Below are positions 27,884 to 31,234 of a DNA stretch of 31,234 bases, piece by piece. The translations under genes were made by a program, and so were the position numbers. The notes beneath the pieces were generated by a model that worked only from the letters and a program-made list of their open reading frames with translations, ran no database searches and was not told the DNA's origin. Every line of letters starts with the position of its first letter. Within the stretch, counting starts at the first letter, position 1. Source of the DNA: a virus (Duplodnaviria; Caudoviricetes). The stretch lies in the IMG/VR virus record IMGVR_UViG_3300014775_001500, positions 1 to 31,234 of that record; one strand, given 5' to 3'.

Positions 27884-28641
27884 GATTTTATCTTGGATCA
27901 CACATGCCTAACTGGCTTTGGAACGGAGCGATCCCTGAAAACGTGCCTTTGTTCATTTCGCGGCGGCGCTTGGTTGCGCGTTGCAAACGCCCGAAACACC
28001 GCGCCAAAATGGATTGGTGTTTGGATTCGGGCGGATTCACTGAGCTTTCGCAATTCGGCCGGTGGACTATTACGCCGAAACAATACGTTGACGAGATCCG
28101 TTTTTATCGCGAAAAACTCGGCCGCTTGGTTTGGGCGGCCCCGATGGATCACATGTGCGAACCGTGGATCCTGAAAAAAACCGGGCGGTCACTTCGTGAT
28201 CACCTTGTTTCTACGGTCGAAAACTTTCTTGAACTTCGACACCTTGCCCCGGATCTTCCAATCATCCCGGTTTTGCAGGGCTGGCGGCTCGACGATTACT
28301 TGCAATGTCGCGAAATGTACGAGGCCGCCGGCGTCAAGCTCGAAGACTTTGAAACCGTCGGGCTTGGATCCGTTTGCCGGCGGCAAGGAATGGCGGAGGC
28401 CGCCGACATTATACGCGCCCTACAACCGATCCAGCTGCACGGCTTTGGCTTTAAAATTGACGGAATCAAGGCCGTTGGCCACTTGTTGACGTCGGCCGAC
28501 TCGATGTCATGGAGCCTTGACGCTCGAATGAGGGGCAAGGGCAACGACCCGGCCGAGGCTTTGCGCTGGCGGCAAAAAATCACGCAAATCGACAAGCCGG
28601 CCGCAACGCTGGCGGATCTTTTTTCTTGGGGGTCACAATGA
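27880..28641 (+). CDS. dpdA: DpdA-like (TGT-fold) 7-deazaguanine DNA transglycosylase
   Basis: GTG start overlaps the dnaB stop; motifs LDSGGF, APMDHMCEP, IPVLQGW, VGLGSVCRR, LHGFG, SADSMSW. Confidence 0.75.
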   Translation: MRFYLGSHMPNWLWNGAIPENVPLFISRRRLVARCKRPKHRAKMDWCLDSGGFTELSQFGRWTITPKQYVDEIRFYREKLGRLVWAAPMDHMCEPWILKKTGRSLRDHLVSTVENFLELRHLAPDLPIIPVLQGWRLDDYLQCREMYEAAGVKLEDFETVGLGSVCRRQGMAEAADIIRALQPIQLHGFGFKIDGIKAVGHLLTSADSMSWSLDARMRGKGNDPAEALRWRQKITQIDKPAATLADLFSWGSQ

Positions 28642-29213
28642 AAAAAAGACAAACAATCGAAGAGTTCGATCGGCGCTTCCCATCGTGTCGTTGGACAAAA
28701 AGCGCGCAAGCCGAGCGCAAGGCCGGCGTCAAACGTTGCCGCAAATGCGGAGAAAACAAACCCGTCGAAGAGTTTTCGGCGTTTTTGTCGCCGTACAAAG
28801 TAAAGCGCTTTGCGTCCTATTGTCGGCCGTGTTCCAGTACCTACCGACCGAACACAACGACCGAACAACGCGCCGAATACGATCGCCGCTCCTACTACAA
28901 AAACCACGAAGAGAACAAAGCCCGCGCCCGGGCGGCTTGGTACGCTAACCACGAAGAAAACAAAGCCCGCCAGCGCAAAAGCTACGCCGAGCGCAAGGCC
29001 GAAAACGAGGCCGAGATCCTCGCTCAAGACGAATGCGACATTTGCGGCAAGCCGGGCGCGGCGTACTTCTACCGGTGCATCAATTCCGGCAACACGCAAA
29101 ACAACGAGTTCGCGTTTTGGTTGGTCTTGCATCACGTCTGCCAGTTCGAGGCAAAGGACGCCCGCTTGATCCCTTGGACTAGCCGGATCAGAAAAAAGGA
29201 GGTTTTGCGATGA
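28638..29213 (+). CDS. zinc-finger protein, paralog A
   Basis: CRKCGENKPVEEF...YCRPC, a charged helix, then CDIC...HHVC. Confidence 0.7.
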   Translation: MKKRQTIEEFDRRFPSCRWTKSAQAERKAGVKRCRKCGENKPVEEFSAFLSPYKVKRFASYCRPCSSTYRPNTTTEQRAEYDRRSYYKNHEENKARARAAWYANHEENKARQRKSYAERKAENEAEILAQDECDICGKPGAAYFYRCINSGNTQNNEFAFWLVLHHVCQFEAKDARLIPWTSRIRKKEVLR

Positions 29214-29410
29214 GTACAACGATCGTTTTTAAAGGGTTTAGCGACTACAAAAAAGTTTCGTGCGCGTGGGCGATCCTCGGCCTCATCCTCGACGCCGAAC
29301 GCAAAGTCGGGCCGTTGTTTCGCCGGGTCGAAAACTACCCGGGCTTTGACCTGTTTTTCGAATGGGAAACCGCCGACCGAATCGTGATTCGCTGCGAGGT
29401 GACGGAATGA
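29210..29410 (+). CDS. hypothetical protein (66 aa)
   Basis: AGGAGG RBS and ATGA overlaps on both sides. Confidence 0.7.
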   Translation: MSTTIVFKGFSDYKKVSCAWAILGLILDAERKVGPLFRRVENYPGFDLFFEWETADRIVIRCEVTE

Positions 29411-29751
29411 AATTGACCGAGCGCGAATGGTTGTTGATGTTCGATATTCTCTTTTCCGACATCACGCCAACCGAAAACGGCCGCTTTTGCCCCATTTTCG
29501 TCGTTTGCGTCGGAAATCGGGCCTTTCCCTATGATGACAAGCAACGGGCGCTTGCTGAGGCTCGCAAGGCGCTTTTCGACGCAATTTTTGAGATCGGCGC
29601 GACTCAAAAGCAATGGATCGACCGAAACCGAGAGCTTTTGAAACACAAGCAAGAGTTTCAAGCGGCGTTCGTTGCCTCGTTGGAGTGGCACGGGCAACGG
29701 TTCCTCGATTGCGAAATGTACGTGGATCAATGGTTGGAGGCTAGACCGTGA
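29407..29751 (+). CDS. hypothetical protein
   Basis: ATG 29407 coupled to the upstream stop, MKLTEREWLLMFD... Confidence 0.7.
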   Translation: MKLTEREWLLMFDILFSDITPTENGRFCPIFVVCVGNRAFPYDDKQRALAEARKALFDAIFEIGATQKQWIDRNRELLKHKQEFQAAFVASLEWHGQRFLDCEMYVDQWLEARP

Positions 29752-30410
29752 AAAAGTACGAATTGACGGCGGCGGCGGCCGAACACGTCGCGCAAGGTGA
29801 GCGTTTTTGTACCGGTTGCGGCAAGATCAAGCCGCTGGCGGAGTTCTACCAACACAACAAGCGCAACGCAAACAAGACTTCGTTTCGGTCGCATTGCAAG
29901 ACTTGCATTGCACACGGGCAAAAAAATGCCTTGCGGCGGCGCTACTACGCCAACAAAGCAACACAAGACGCCGAGATCCTCGCTCAAAAGGTTTGCGAAG
30001 TTTGCGGCCAGCCCGGCGAGTTGTATTTTTGGCGCAACCTCGAAAGCCGCGACGTCGGCCGGTGGGCCGTGTTGCATCACGAATGCAAGGCCGAAGCCGT
30101 CGCAACCGGGATCCTCGAAACGTCGCGTTGTCGACTCCGCCCGATCGAAACGCTCAACAAAACGACCCGGCAAACGCTGGCGGATCTGGACGCTCGCTTT
30201 CCTGAAATCCCTTGGAACGAACGCGCCAAGGCCCTTATGGCCGGACCTTGGGCCAAAGAATGCAACCATTGCGGCGAGGTTTTGAGCCTCGACAACTTCC
30301 CGGTTTGCGTTCGGCGAGAAAAAAAGCACATAACCGGATCGTGCTTTGCTTGCCGAAACGCGAAAGCGAGGGCCTACGAAGCCCTCCGCCGAAGCCGGGG
30401 CGAAAAATGA
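29748..30410 (+). CDS. zinc-finger protein, paralog B
   Basis: GGAGG RBS; CTGCGKIKPLAEFY...HCKTC, CEVC...HHEC, CNHC...CFAC. Confidence 0.7.
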   Translation: MKKYELTAAAAEHVAQGERFCTGCGKIKPLAEFYQHNKRNANKTSFRSHCKTCIAHGQKNALRRRYYANKATQDAEILAQKVCEVCGQPGELYFWRNLESRDVGRWAVLHHECKAEAVATGILETSRCRLRPIETLNKTTRQTLADLDARFPEIPWNERAKALMAGPWAKECNHCGEVLSLDNFPVCVRREKKHITGSCFACRNAKARAYEALRRSRGEK

Positions 30411-30670
30411 ACGTTGAACTATTTTGGGCGGCTGTTTGGGCGATGGATCCCGAAACCCACGCCGAACACGTCGAGATCCTCGGAGATTACGATCCCGAGT
30501 ATGCCTACAACGCGATTTTGTGGATCAAATGCGTTTGGGAAAAAGACACGAAAAACCCCGAGTATTTGCGGGTTTTGCAGGGCCGGGGCGACCTCGCCAG
30601 AATGCGCGCCGAAATCAAAGCGCAAGGGCCTTTCTTGCGGCGTTTAGTTGACGCCTTTCGCAACCGTTGA
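30407..30670 (+). CDS. hypothetical protein (87 aa)
   Basis: ATGA overlap, MNVELFWAAVWAMDPE...; last gene of the early arm. Confidence 0.65.
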   Translation: MNVELFWAAVWAMDPETHAEHVEILGDYDPEYAYNAILWIKCVWEKDTKNPEYLRVLQGRGDLARMRAEIKAQGPFLRRLVDAFRNR

Positions 30671-30973
30671 CCGGTTGACGTTGTACACAACCAAACCCAC
30701 GACAACGCCAGCCGAGACCGCGCCAACCGTAAACCACAACACGCCCGAAAGCGGGTTTGTCCTCGTCGCCTTTGCGATCTTGCGTTCGTGTTTGAGCTTT
30801 GCCTTGAACGAAGCGCGCAACGCGTCAAGCTCGACTTTGTGTTGACGTTGCCGAGCCTTGCACGTTTTGAGCGCCTTGCCGATTTTTAACAACTCCGCCC
30901 GGGTCAACGTAACGCCGCCAGCAAACGCCGGAAAACACGCCAACCAACAACACAAAAACGCGGCCGCCCTCAT
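30644..30973 (-). CDS. exported coiled-coil protein with C-terminal TM (spanin-like)
   Basis: Signal peptide MRAAAFLCCWLACFPAFA, basic coiled coil, TM VLWFTVGAVSAGVVVGLVVY; last gene of the late arm. Confidence 0.5.
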   Translation of the reverse strand: MRAAAFLCCWLACFPAFAGGVTLTRAELLKIGKALKTCKARQRQHKVELDALRASFKAKLKHERKIAKATRTNPLSGVLWFTVGAVSAGVVVGLVVYNVNRSTVAKGVN

Positions 30974-31234
30974 CGTCGACCGCCGCCGAGGATCTCGTTT
31001 GCGTCGTCGAGAACTTGCGCTTTGAGTTCGGCCGTTGTGCGGTGTTGCATCACGCGCGCCTCCATTTTCAGATCCCGGTTGATTTGTTCAATTCGTTTTT
31101 GCTTTTTGGCTTCGATCGTTTCTTGTTCTTTGATTTGTTCGCGTTCCTCGCGCCGCGCGCGGGTCACGGCAGCCCCGCCGAGCGCCGACGCAATCAACCC
31201 CGCGTAGACTCCGCCAACGACGACTCCAACGACA
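30970..31234 (-). CDS. 3' part of the membrane-anchored coiled-coil protein (i-spanin-like), continued from 41..1
   Basis: Frame is open to the window edge (VVGVVVGGVYAGLIASALGG...) followed by a charged coiled coil; 101 aa once the ends are joined. Confidence 0.7.
   Translation of the reverse strand, partial: VVGVVVGGVYAGLIASALGGAAVTRARREEREQIKEQETIEAKKQKRIEQINRDLKMEARVMQHRTTAELKAQVLDDANEILGGGRR

Overview
The window appears to be a complete ~31.2 kb tailed-phage genome with a siphovirus-like layout. Its two ends join in frame through one membrane-protein gene. A long minus-strand late arm (22710 down to 1, continuing at 31234 down to 30644) encodes an RHH protein, TerS, TerL, a GH19 endolysin, a DNA methyltransferase, a PD-(D/E)XK nuclease, portal, MuF-like protein, scaffold, capsid, head-tail proteins, tail tube, a -1 frameshifted tail chaperone pair, tape measure, tail tip, three paralogous GHDH proteins and holin/spanin-like proteins. 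A plus-strand early arm (23250-30670) encodes small unknown proteins, a single-strand annealing protein, a wHTH protein, DnaB, a DpdA-like transglycosylase and zinc-finger paralogs. I recognised no integrase, polymerase or primase. The most notable feature is three type I hammerhead ribozymes (23581-23636, 24206-24259, 25245-25301) with intact catalytic cores and covarying stems. Each sits between the stop codon of one early gene and a stereotyped CAA-rich GGAG leader of the next. They would cut the early transcript into gene-sized RNAs with the same 5'-OH start, and these RNAs might circularise. All protein calls come from motifs read by eye and from synteny, not from database searches.
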